From Burkholderiales bacterium (GTDB lineage: Bacteria > Pseudomonadota > Gammaproteobacteria > Burkholderiales > Gallionellaceae), in contig JBBQYH010000001.1 of NCBI GenBank assembly GCA_038208855.1, positions 1-54,417 on the forward strand: 54,417 nt of DNA, written 5' to 3'. The position numbers and the translations under genes are program-made. Below, in pieces: positions 31,979 through 43,501 of this stretch. Each line of letters opens with the position of its first letter. Positions within the stretch are counted from its first letter, which is position 1. A model generated the notes under the pieces. The model was not told the origin of the DNA. It did no database searches and saw nothing but the letters and a program-made list of their open reading frames with translations.

Positions 31979-33319
31979 ATGCCAGAAGCAACATTATGGG
32001 AAAGCTGTCTTCAGTTTTTTGAAGAATCACTTCCCGCTCAACAGTTTAATTCATGGATAAAACCATTAACGTGTGAAATTCACGGTGATACTATTACACT
32101 AACTGCCCCAAATACTTTTATATTAAAAGTAATTCAAGATCGCTTTTTAACAGAAATAAGCAAAATAACTAAAAAAGAATTAAATATAACGCCACAATTT
32201 CAATTTAAAATTGGTAAAGATGTCGTTACGCTGACTACACCGAAAGCCGCAGTTGTAGAACATATCGAAATACCAAGCAATAAAATAATTAATAAAAGCC
32301 ATAGCAAACTCAATGGTTCTTTGGCTTTTGATAATTTTGTAACAGGTAAAGCAAACCAATTGGCACATGCAGCCGCTATGCAAGTAGCAAATTTTCCTGG
32401 AACCATATATAACCCGTTATTTATTTATGGCGGTGTAGGCCTAGGCAAAACCCATTTGATACAATCAATTGGAAATTTGATAAAGAGTGAAAATCCACAT
32501 TCAAAAATTTGTTATGTACACGCTACTAATTATATTTCCGATGTTGTAAGGGCTTTTCAAACCAAGAAATTTGATGAATTCAAACAATATTACAATTCAC
32601 TCGATTTATTGCTGATAGATGATATTCAATTTATTGCAGATAAACCCGGTACCCAACAAGAGTTTTTTTATACATTAAATTCATTAATTGATCATAATAA
32701 ACAAATAGTTATTACTTGTGATACATTTCCTAAAGAAATAACTGGAATTGAAGCAAGGTTAACTTCCAGATTTAGTTGCGGATTAACAGTGGCAATAGAA
32801 CCGCCCGGCTTGGAAATGCGAGTAGCAATATTGCTGCAAAAAGCAAATACATTGAATCATCCTATAAAAGAAGAAGTAGCATTCTTTATAGCCAAACATG
32901 TACGATCAAATATACGTGAGTTGGAAGGCGCGTTAAATAGAATACTTGCCTATGCAAAATTTCATAAGGAAAGCATAACGGTTGAATCAGCTAAAGAAGC
33001 TTTAAAGGACTTACTTTCAGCACAAAACAAACAGGTTTCAATAGAAAATATTCAAAAAACCGTGGCTGATTTTTATAGACTTAAAGTTGTTGAATTACTC
33101 TCGAAAAAGAGAACCAGAGCAATTGCACGTCCGAGACAAATAGCCATGTGTTTGGCCAGGGAGTTGACGCAACTAAGTTTGCCCGATATAGGGAATGCCT
33201 TTGGTGGCAGAGACCACTCAACAGTCTTGCATGCGTGTAAAACCATAGAAGATTTAAGAAATACTGATCAAGTCTTAAATGCAGATTTTAATATATTAAA
33301 TCAAACACTAAGGAATTGA
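31979..33319 (+). CDS. dnaA: Chromosomal replication initiator DnaA
   Basis: AAA+ motif GGVGLGKTHL, sensor region, and C-terminal DNA-binding domain (GGRDHSTVLHACKTI). 446 aa. Confidence 0.97.
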   Translation: MPEATLWESCLQFFEESLPAQQFNSWIKPLTCEIHGDTITLTAPNTFILKVIQDRFLTEISKITKKELNITPQFQFKIGKDVVTLTTPKAAVVEHIEIPSNKIINKSHSKLNGSLAFDNFVTGKANQLAHAAAMQVANFPGTIYNPLFIYGGVGLGKTHLIQSIGNLIKSENPHSKICYVHATNYISDVVRAFQTKKFDEFKQYYNSLDLLLIDDIQFIADKPGTQQEFFYTLNSLIDHNKQIVITCDTFPKEITGIEARLTSRFSCGLTVAIEPPGLEMRVAILLQKANTLNHPIKEEVAFFIAKHVRSNIRELEGALNRILAYAKFHKESITVESAKEALKDLLSAQNKQVSIENIQKTVADFYRLKVVELLSKKRTRAIARPRQIAMCLARELTQLSLPDIGNAFGGRDHSTVLHACKTIEDLRNTDQVLNADFNILNQTLRN

Positions 33320-33522
33320 CTCGTAAGTATGTTCAAAATTCTATATTAATTGTGGATAAGTACTGAAAATGCAGCTTTAGAAAAAGTTATGAACAATTGC
33401 TCAACATTAAAATGTGTACTTCTACAAGTAAATTTTACTAATTAAATAGTTGTATAAAAAGAATAATTAAAGTTATTAACAAATTTAAGCATAGTTATTA
33501 TTATTATTAAGGATATATAAGA
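33320..33522. other. Candidate oriC segment / DNA unwinding region (dnaA-dnaN spacer)
   Basis: 203-bp spacer with about 21% G+C by my count. It holds a perfect DnaA box TGTGGATAA at 33351-33359, two 7/9 matches (TTATGAACA, TTATTAACA) and a very AT-rich 3' half including (TTA)5. Confidence 0.4.
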
Positions 33523-34629
33523 ATGTTTATTGAAAAAATCAGTAAAGATATTTTGCTAAAGCCATTGCAATCTGTAGTTGGCATAGTAGAAAGAAAACAA
33601 CCGTTGCCGATATTGTCCAATGTGTTAATTGAAAAAACGATAACAGGCATACGTTTTCTGGCTACCGATCTGGAAATACAAATTTCAACAGAAATAAAAG
33701 AAAGTTTTAAAGCGGAAGAAGAGCAATCAATTACAGTAGCTGCAAAAAAATTGCAGGAGATTTTACGGGTTTTGCCAGACAACAGTAATGTATCACTCGA
33801 TATCCAAGATTCACGTTTATTGGTCAAGGCATTAAAAAGTAAATTTACATTGCAGACATTACCAGCAATTGATTTTCCAAAAATAGGGGAACAACTGCAA
33901 AATTCCACAACAATAGAAATTGAACAGAAACTGTTAAAGAAATTACTAGGCTCAGTTCAATATGCCATGGCACAGCAGGACATCAGATATTATTTGAATG
34001 GTGTGTTAATGGTAATTGAAGGTAATCTGATAAAACTGATAGCCACTGACGGACATCGTTTGGCCTATACAAGTTCAGAGCTGGATACGGAACATACAAA
34101 ACGTGAAGTAATCTTATCAAGAAAAACAGTAAATGAATTATTCAAACTGTTGTCTGACAGTGAAGATAAAATTAAATTGGAACTGGCAGAAAAACAGGTA
34201 AAAATTTCATTTTCGGATATCACATTAACCACAAAAGTGATAGATGGCAAATTTCCTGATTATGATCGTGTCATTCCAAACTATACAAATCATCTGACTT
34301 TAAACCGCCAAATTATTCTTCATGCTTTGCAACGTGCAGCGATACTTTCAAATGAAAAATTTCGCGGGGTTCGTTTTGTCATGACAGAAAATAATATGCG
34401 GATTATCAGTAGTAACAGTGAGCAGGAAGAAGCGCAGGAAGATATTGAAAATGATTACAAGGGCCCGGCTCTTGATATAGGCTTCAATGTAAATTATTTA
34501 CTGGACGGACTATCGAATAGCAACACTCAGGAAGTTACCTTTTCCTTTGGTGATTCAAATAGCAGTATATTAATTACTGTTCCAGGAGATGAAGATTTTA
34601 AATATGTAGTCATGCCGATGCGCATTTGA
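33523..34629 (+). CDS. dnaN: DNA polymerase III beta sliding clamp
   Basis: 368 aa, LLKPLQSVVGIVERKQPLPILSNVLIE, C-terminal YVVMPMRI. Confidence 0.96.
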   Translation: MFIEKISKDILLKPLQSVVGIVERKQPLPILSNVLIEKTITGIRFLATDLEIQISTEIKESFKAEEEQSITVAAKKLQEILRVLPDNSNVSLDIQDSRLLVKALKSKFTLQTLPAIDFPKIGEQLQNSTTIEIEQKLLKKLLGSVQYAMAQQDIRYYLNGVLMVIEGNLIKLIATDGHRLAYTSSELDTEHTKREVILSRKTVNELFKLLSDSEDKIKLELAEKQVKISFSDITLTTKVIDGKFPDYDRVIPNYTNHLTLNRQIILHALQRAAILSNEKFRGVRFVMTENNMRIISSNSEQEEAQEDIENDYKGPALDIGFNVNYLLDGLSNSNTQEVTFSFGDSNSSILITVPGDEDFKYVVMPMRI

Positions 34630-34646
34630 TTTATAAAATTTATTGA

Positions 34647-37058
<2,412 letters not shown>

Positions 37059-37128
37059 CTTCAATATAATCAATTAAATATAAAATCGGTAACAATATTT
37101 AAACAGCAATCAAAAAATAGTAAAACTC

Positions 37129-37734
37129 ATGACGAAAAATATCTCAACGTGGGTTATACCAATTTCTTTTTCTATGTTGTTACACATAGTATTGGTGCAG
37201 ATTTTTTTAAATAAAAAGTCTGGTACACGGGTAATAATTAAACCTGAAGTTTTAACGGTTGAATTACAATCTGTCCGTATCCCGCAAGCAGTTGCGAAAC
37301 CGCGCAAACCAATACAGATTAAAGAAAAAACAAAAGTACCGGTTGAGAAGCAAGCTATTGTTTCAACATCAATTAGCGAAAAACCCGTAGAAACTAAAGT
37401 ACAAACTGAAACACCATCCGTTGTTAAAAACAATAGCGCTATAGACGTTCAGCCGCTTAGCAAACTGACTCGTCCCCCTTCTTTTATAAATAAAATCGAA
37501 CCTGTATATCCTGCGTCTGAACAACGCTCGGGTAGCCAGGCCTATGTATTGGCCGAAATCACCCTGGATGCGGAAGGAAAAGTGCTGAATATAAAAATCA
37601 CAAAAAGTGCCGGCATGTATTTTGACAACGCTGTCATCGCTGCAATTAAACAAAGTGTATTTGCCCCGGGTTATGTTGAAACACAAGCTGTTGCAGTGAA
37701 AGTGCTGATACCCTTCCGTTTTAAACTGAAATAA
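37129..37734 (+). CDS. TonB-family energy transducer (short)
   Basis: One N-terminal TM, a Lys/Pro-containing linker, and a C-terminal TonB_C-like domain (PVYPASEQRSGSQAYVLAEITLDAEGKVLNIKI). 201 aa. Confidence 0.75.
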   Translation: MTKNISTWVIPISFSMLLHIVLVQIFLNKKSGTRVIIKPEVLTVELQSVRIPQAVAKPRKPIQIKEKTKVPVEKQAIVSTSISEKPVETKVQTETPSVVKNNSAIDVQPLSKLTRPPSFINKIEPVYPASEQRSGSQAYVLAEITLDAEGKVLNIKITKSAGMYFDNAVIAAIKQSVFAPGYVETQAVAVKVLIPFRFKLK

Positions 37735-37739
37735 GTGAA

Positions 37740-39989
37740 ATGAATAACTTGAATATATTCAAATGGTTATTTGTATTTATAGGCTTGATAAATTTGCCTT
37801 GCCTGGTACTGGCAGAAACCGCAAATTGGACTATAAGTGGCAAAGTAGTGGAAAAAGGATCAAAAAAACCTTTGCCAGCGGTATATGTAGGCATTAAGGA
37901 ACTGGATAACTTGGAAACCATCACGGATGAGTCCGGTTATTTTTTTATTCTTTTGCCCGGACCGGGACTATATACCATCGTTGCCTCAATGTTGGGTGCT
38001 GATAAACCGGACAGCAAACTGGTGTCACTTGATGACAAGCAGCCCACACAGAAAGTTTTTTTGTATTTAACTACAGTAACGCAATTACCAGAAGTGGTGG
38101 TCAATGCCGAGCGCAACCCGAATAGGGTAGGCAAAAGCGTAATGAAAGGCAATGAAATCAGACAAATACCGGGCACATCCGGCGATCCGTTAAAAGCCCT
38201 GCAAAGCCTGCCGGGTGTAGCCGGTAATACCAGTGGCAGCGCACCTGCCGTGCGCGGTTCGGGCCCTGGCGACAACTTTTATTATGCGGACTCGGTACCC
38301 ATAGGCAAGCTGTTCCACTATGGTGGCATCAGCGTCTTCAACGGCGATCTGATCGACAGCTTCAACCTATATAGCGCAGCGTTTGCACCGTATTACGATA
38401 ACGTAACCGGGGCGATTCTCGATGTTGCCTTGCGCAATCCGCGCACCGATCGCGTGGGCGGCAAGGTGAATATCAGCCTGACCGGTGCCGATTTTTTGCT
38501 GGAAGGCCCGGTAAATGAAAACCAGTCGTTTTATATTGCTGCGCGCAGAAGCTATTTTGATCTGCTGGTGAAATCGGTAGAACGTAAAGGGGTCACCCTG
38601 CAAATTCCCAATTATTCCGATTACCAGGGTAAATATATCTGGAATCTTAATGCGGATAACAGGTTAACCTTTCATCTGAATGGTGCGGCAGACAGTTTAA
38701 AACTGGAAGTGGCTGGCAATTCCGATGTAGCATTAACCCAGCCCGATCTTGCCGGCACTATTTCGCTGCAAGATTCATCCGCTACCCAGGCCCTGGTGTG
38801 GGATAACAAATTATCGGTTGATGCGAACAACAAATTGATATTTGGCACCCGGCAAGGCCAAGCGCAAAATTCCATAGCTGCCGCGGGTTTTGTGCAGGTG
38901 GATACAAGAAGCACTTTTGTACGCGAGCAAACCCGCTTTTTACCCTTTGAAAATCACGATGTAACCCTGTCCGGCAATGTAAATAAAGATAATGTGTATT
39001 TGAATCTGGATTTTAAGAATTGCCAAACAACAAGTTTTAATAATCCGTGTGATATATCCACTGCACCAAGAGTACAGTTGCAAGACAACATACAGGTATT
39101 GTCCTGGGCAGCTTCTGCGCAGGATAGATGGAAATTTGCACCGCACTTTACCTTTATCGGCGGCGTGCGTAACAGCACTGAAGACTACTTGAATAAAACC
39201 TATACCGAACCACGTTTGGGCCTGGAATGGGAATGGAGCGACAAAACCCTGTTCAGTGCCGGTTGGGGCAAGCATAATCAAATGCCAGCAGGACAGCAAA
39301 TTGCCAAGAATTTTGGCAATCCCAATCTTGAGCATATCCGTGCTGATCACAGCGTGATCGGCATCAGTCACAAGGTGGATGATATCTGGTCGTGGAAGAC
39401 GGAAACCTATTACAAAAAATTCACCGGCCTGGTTGTGGGCGTGAATGATCCGTCAGTGAACTATGTTAACGCGGCCAGCGGTGCAGCTTACGGTGCTGAA
39501 TTGCTGATTAAAAAGGAAGCTGTGGAAGATTTGTCCGGTTGGTTATCGCTCACCCTGGCAAAGTCAGAACGCCGCAATGACCTCACCGGTGAAAGCTTCC
39601 GCTTTGCCTATGACCAGCCGGTAAACATTACCTGGATTACCCTATACAAGCTGTCGGATAACTGGACCATGGGCAGCAAGTGGACCTACACCAGCGGCCT
39701 GCCCTATACCCCCATCACCGGTACTAACGGCACTTACTCTGATGGCCGTCCCATACCGGTATATGCGCCAATCAACTCAGGCACCCTGCCCGACTTTCAT
39801 CGCCTGGATTTGCGTTTCGACCGGCATTATGTGTTTGATACCTGGAAGTTGAACCTGTATTTTGAGCTGAATAATGTTTATTTCAGAAAGAATATTGTGG
39901 GCTATGACTACGGGCCCAATTACGACAAAAAAGACCCGATAGAAGCTTTTATTCTGCCAATATCATTTGGTATACAGGGAGAGTTTTAA
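37740..39989 (+). CDS. TonB-dependent outer-membrane receptor with N-terminal carboxypeptidase-regulatory-like domain
   Basis: Signal peptide, ISGKV...DESGYF (CarboxypepD_reg-like), a plug region (LPEVVVNAER, IPGTSGDPLKALQSLPGV), a beta-barrel and a terminal aromatic residue (...GIQGEF). 749 aa. Confidence 0.8.
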   Translation: MNNLNIFKWLFVFIGLINLPCLVLAETANWTISGKVVEKGSKKPLPAVYVGIKELDNLETITDESGYFFILLPGPGLYTIVASMLGADKPDSKLVSLDDKQPTQKVFLYLTTVTQLPEVVVNAERNPNRVGKSVMKGNEIRQIPGTSGDPLKALQSLPGVAGNTSGSAPAVRGSGPGDNFYYADSVPIGKLFHYGGISVFNGDLIDSFNLYSAAFAPYYDNVTGAILDVALRNPRTDRVGGKVNISLTGADFLLEGPVNENQSFYIAARRSYFDLLVKSVERKGVTLQIPNYSDYQGKYIWNLNADNRLTFHLNGAADSLKLEVAGNSDVALTQPDLAGTISLQDSSATQALVWDNKLSVDANNKLIFGTRQGQAQNSIAAAGFVQVDTRSTFVREQTRFLPFENHDVTLSGNVNKDNVYLNLDFKNCQTTSFNNPCDISTAPRVQLQDNIQVLSWAASAQDRWKFAPHFTFIGGVRNSTEDYLNKTYTEPRLGLEWEWSDKTLFSAGWGKHNQMPAGQQIAKNFGNPNLEHIRADHSVIGISHKVDDIWSWKTETYYKKFTGLVVGVNDPSVNYVNAASGAAYGAELLIKKEAVEDLSGWLSLTLAKSERRNDLTGESFRFAYDQPVNITWITLYKLSDNWTMGSKWTYTSGLPYTPITGTNGTYSDGRPIPVYAPINSGTLPDFHRLDLRFDRHYVFDTWKLNLYFELNNVYFRKNIVGYDYGPNYDKKDPIEAFILPISFGIQGEF

Positions 39990-39996
39990 AAAGCGA

Positions 39997-40272
39997 TTAC
40001 TTGCACTGCACCAGCATGGTGGTTGTCGTATCTGCCCTAATTTCCAATGCGCCCAAGTTGCCTACTTTGCTGGAGTCGTTGTATGCATCCGCATTGCGCT
40101 CCAGAATCCTGTAACCGTGCGGACAAAGATCTGCCGCCTTGGAAGTACACTTGCTTTTAACTGCGTTACCACATTGTACCTGATAGGCTGTTTCTCCATT
40201 TGGCCGCCTAAGCTGTTTGGCACTGGCACAGCCAAATAAAATAATCAAACTAATCAGATAGATATATTTCAT
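39997..40272 (-). CDS. Small hypothetical lipoprotein
   Basis: 91 aa. Lipobox LFGC|AS and four further Cys. Convergent with the receptor gene across a 7-nt gap. Confidence 0.5.
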   Translation of the reverse strand: MKYIYLISLIILFGCASAKQLRRPNGETAYQVQCGNAVKSKCTSKAADLCPHGYRILERNADAYNDSSKVGNLGALEIRADTTTTMLVQCK

Positions 40273-40328
40273 AACTGCTCCTGTAGCTGCATAGGTATAA
40301 AGCTCAAATGCAAAAACAAATAAAGTCT

Positions 40329-42986
40329 TTAAGTTGATTTCTTATTAGCCGTTTTCTTGCTGGTGACCGCAACTTTTTTTGTAGCTGTTGCTTTTTTGAC
40401 CGTCACGGCCTTTTTAGTTGTAGTGGCGGCTTTTTTAACCACCGCAGGTTTTTTCTTTGCTGCGACCTTTTTAGCCGTGGTGGTTTTCTTTTCTTTGGTT
40501 TCCTTTGCGGCGGCTTTTTTGGCAGGCGCCTTTTTCTTGGTTACTGGTCCTTTGGCTACCCGGGCAGCAAGCAAGGGTAAGGCCTCGAGCAGCGTGATTT
40601 CATCGGGTGAAATATCCTTGGGCAAGGTTGCATTGACCTTGCCGTGGCGAACATAAGGGCCATAACGACCATTGCAGACATCCACAGGCTTTTTATCATC
40701 CGGATGTTCGCCCAATTCACGTAACACAGTATTTGAAGTCCTGGCTTCAGCCAGCAATTCCACCGCACGCGCCAGTTCTATCGTGAAGACACTTTCTGTT
40801 TTGGGAATGGATTTGAATTTGCCATCATGGCCTATATAGGGGCCAAAGCGGCCGATATTGACGATGACTTTTTTACCGGATTCTGGATGAAGGCCTATTT
40901 CTTTGGGTAACTCCAGTAATTTCAGAGCAGCGGCCAAATCTGCATTTTCAGGCAACACTTCCTTGGGCCACGACATGCGTCTGGGCTTTTTCTTGGCGCC
41001 CTCTTCCACTTCGCCCAGCTGCACATAATAGCCATAGGGGCCACGCAGCAACAGCACGGGCAAATTCGTTTCCGGATCGTTACCCAGTTCCTTGCGCGCG
41101 TCTTCCGGACTGATTTCACCCGGGGTGCTGCGCGTGTAGTCACATTCAGGATAAGCTGTGCAACCCACAAAGCTGCCGCGTTTGCCCAGACGGGTAGCCA
41201 ATGGCTTGCCGCATTTGGGGCAGGCTTCATCCATCAACTCCTGGGTGACATCCTTGCGTTCGATGTTTTTCTTTTCTTCTACCAGCTTTTCAAAGTCTTT
41301 CCAGAAGGCATCGAGTACCGGAATCCAGTCGCGTTTGCCTTCGGAGATTTCATCCAGCTCGTCTTCCATCTGCGCGGTAAAGCCGTAATCTACATAACGC
41401 GTAAAGTGCTCGGAGAGAAAACGGTTTACCACGCGACCCACATCGGTAGGGGTGAAGCGCTTCTTCTCCAGCAAAGCATATTCGCGCGCCTGCAGGGTGG
41501 AGATAATACTGGCATAGGTAGAGGGACGACCGATACCATGTTCTTCCAGGGTTTTCACCAGACTGGCTTCGGTAAAGCGTGGTGGCGGTTGGGTGAAGTG
41601 TTGTTCGCCATAAAGTTTTTCAATTGGCAGCGTTTCACCCTCTTCCAAAGGTGGCAGTTTTTTGGATTCTTCTTCTTCGCTATCGTCGGTGTCTTCCTGA
41701 TAAACGGCAATAAAGCCCGCAAATATCAGTGTCTGTCCGCTGGCGCGAAACAAGGTGTCATCGCCACCGAGTCGTATGTCCACGCTAACCGTATCGAATC
41801 TTGCAGGGGTCATCTGACTGGCCAGGGTACGCTTCCAGATCAACTCATATAGGCGTGCCTGATCGACAGTCAAGGCGTCGCGTATGGTGTCGGGAGAACG
41901 CAAGATAGAAGTTGGACGTATCGCTTCGTGCGCTTCCTGCGCGTTTTTAGCTTTACTTTTGTATACGGGTTGGGTGCGCGGTAGATAATCTGGCGCAAAA
42001 TTATTACCTATGTAATCGCGTATTTCGGCAACCGCCTCATTGGCCAGATTGACCGAGTCGGTTCGCATATAGCTGATCAAACCAATGGCCTGTCCGCCAA
42101 TATCCACACCTTCATACAGTTGCTGCGCGATACGCATCACGCGATCGGCCGACATACCCAGTTTGCGCACACCTTCCTGTTGCAGGGTGGAAGTGGTGAA
42201 AGGCGCGGCAGCATAACGTTGCTTGGCTTTTTTATCGACACGCACTACCTTGGGCGGGAGCTTGGCCGCATTCAGGTTCTCGAATATTTTATTGTAAGCG
42301 TCTTCACCTGCAATACTCAGCTGTTCCAGTTTTTTGCCCTGATATTGAAACAGTTTGGCACTGAAAGGCAGCTTGTTTTTCAGCGTATCCAGATGCACAG
42401 TCCAGTATTCCTGTGCCTTGAAGGCTTCGATTTCCAGTTCACGCTCAACAATCAAACGCAGCGCCGGACTTTGCACACGGCCGGCAGATAAGCCCGGACG
42501 TATCTTGCGCCATAACAAAGGCGACAGATTGAAACCCACCAGGTAATCCAGCGCACGCCTGGCCTGTTGTGCATTGACCAACGGAATCGCGATCTCACGC
42601 GGGTTGGCTACTGCTTCCAGCACTGCATTTTCAGTTATTTCATAAAAAACAACACGCTGCATGGATTTGTTCTTCAGGTTGCGCTTGGCCTTGAGCAACT
42701 CTGAAACATGCCAGGCGATGGCTTCACCTTCTCTATCCGGGTCGGTTGCCAGATAGATATGATCAGCGGCAGCAGCAGCCTTGGCGATAGCGTCCACATG
42801 TTTGCTGTTGCGTGCAATGGTTTCGTATTGCATTGCATAGTTATTTTCAGTGTCTATGGCGCCGGTTTTGGGAATCAGGTCGCGCACGTGCCCAAAGGTG
42901 GCAAGCACTTCAAAATCATTGCCAAGATATTTTTTCAATGTCTTGGCTTTGGCCGGGGACTCAACTATTAGTAGATTGGATGCCAT
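40329..42986 (-). CDS. topA: DNA topoisomerase I with a Lys/Ala/Thr-rich C-terminal tail
   Basis: Toprim LLIVESPAKAKT, the active-site region, and one CxxC...CxxC zinc ribbon (CPKCGK...CTAYPEC). Two GRFGPY/GRYGPY repeats precede a 69-aa basic tail. 885 aa. Confidence 0.96.
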   Translation of the reverse strand: MASNLLIVESPAKAKTLKKYLGNDFEVLATFGHVRDLIPKTGAIDTENNYAMQYETIARNSKHVDAIAKAAAAADHIYLATDPDREGEAIAWHVSELLKAKRNLKNKSMQRVVFYEITENAVLEAVANPREIAIPLVNAQQARRALDYLVGFNLSPLLWRKIRPGLSAGRVQSPALRLIVERELEIEAFKAQEYWTVHLDTLKNKLPFSAKLFQYQGKKLEQLSIAGEDAYNKIFENLNAAKLPPKVVRVDKKAKQRYAAAPFTTSTLQQEGVRKLGMSADRVMRIAQQLYEGVDIGGQAIGLISYMRTDSVNLANEAVAEIRDYIGNNFAPDYLPRTQPVYKSKAKNAQEAHEAIRPTSILRSPDTIRDALTVDQARLYELIWKRTLASQMTPARFDTVSVDIRLGGDDTLFRASGQTLIFAGFIAVYQEDTDDSEEEESKKLPPLEEGETLPIEKLYGEQHFTQPPPRFTEASLVKTLEEHGIGRPSTYASIISTLQAREYALLEKKRFTPTDVGRVVNRFLSEHFTRYVDYGFTAQMEDELDEISEGKRDWIPVLDAFWKDFEKLVEEKKNIERKDVTQELMDEACPKCGKPLATRLGKRGSFVGCTAYPECDYTRSTPGEISPEDARKELGNDPETNLPVLLLRGPYGYYVQLGEVEEGAKKKPRRMSWPKEVLPENADLAAALKLLELPKEIGLHPESGKKVIVNIGRFGPYIGHDGKFKSIPKTESVFTIELARAVELLAEARTSNTVLRELGEHPDDKKPVDVCNGRYGPYVRHGKVNATLPKDISPDEITLLEALPLLAARVAKGPVTKKKAPAKKAAAKETKEKKTTTAKKVAAKKKPAVVKKAATTTKKAVTVKKATATKKVAVTSKKTANKKST

Positions 42987-43010
42987 GAATGACGGATGAC
43001 CGATCGGGAA

Positions 43011-43466
43011 TTAGTGGATTTGTGCTGAATTAGCAGGGGTGAGCAGATCTTCAACCAGTAAAGGATCAATTTCCTCATGCTGGTTCCATAGTACCATCAA
43101 CGCGATCAGCTTTACTCTTTCCAAAGGTAAAGCATCGCGACCAAAGGCTACCGCGCGATCTATGATCATTTCGCGTTCAACGGGCGTAATCATCTTGTTG
43201 TGTTCCCAAAACGAAATAAATTGCAATCCTTCGGTACTGATGCTTTTGATTTCCAGGTCGGCATAACTGCGGATACCGCTTTGATTGATACTTTCCGGAT
43301 AGTCGTCCTGGCTTAGTTGCTCCAAACCGGAAAGCCAGTCCAGCGCACGGCTGATATCGTCTTCTTCAAAACCGGCGGCGCTCAATTTTATAGATAATTT
43401 ATCGGGATCGGGATAACTGCCCGCATTGAAGTAACTTTCAAACAAATACATCAGTATGTCAAACAT
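43011..43466 (-). CDS. smg: Smg protein (DUF494)
   Basis: MFDILMYLFESYF... N-terminus, 151 aa, in the conserved dprA-smg-topA arrangement. Confidence 0.88.
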   Translation of the reverse strand: MFDILMYLFESYFNAGSYPDPDKLSIKLSAAGFEEDDISRALDWLSGLEQLSQDDYPESINQSGIRSYADLEIKSISTEGLQFISFWEHNKMITPVEREMIIDRAVAFGRDALPLERVKLIALMVLWNQHEEIDPLLVEDLLTPANSAQIH

Positions 43467-43501
43467 GGCGCCTCAAAATAAACAATGTTTAAAGGGAGCC
43501 T

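Noticed and set aside
33495-33509. (TTA)5 trinucleotide repeat just upstream of the dnaN ribosome-binding site.
   Set aside because: It is short, lies in a spacer of about 21% G+C where such runs are expected, and nothing suggests phase variation of an essential gene.
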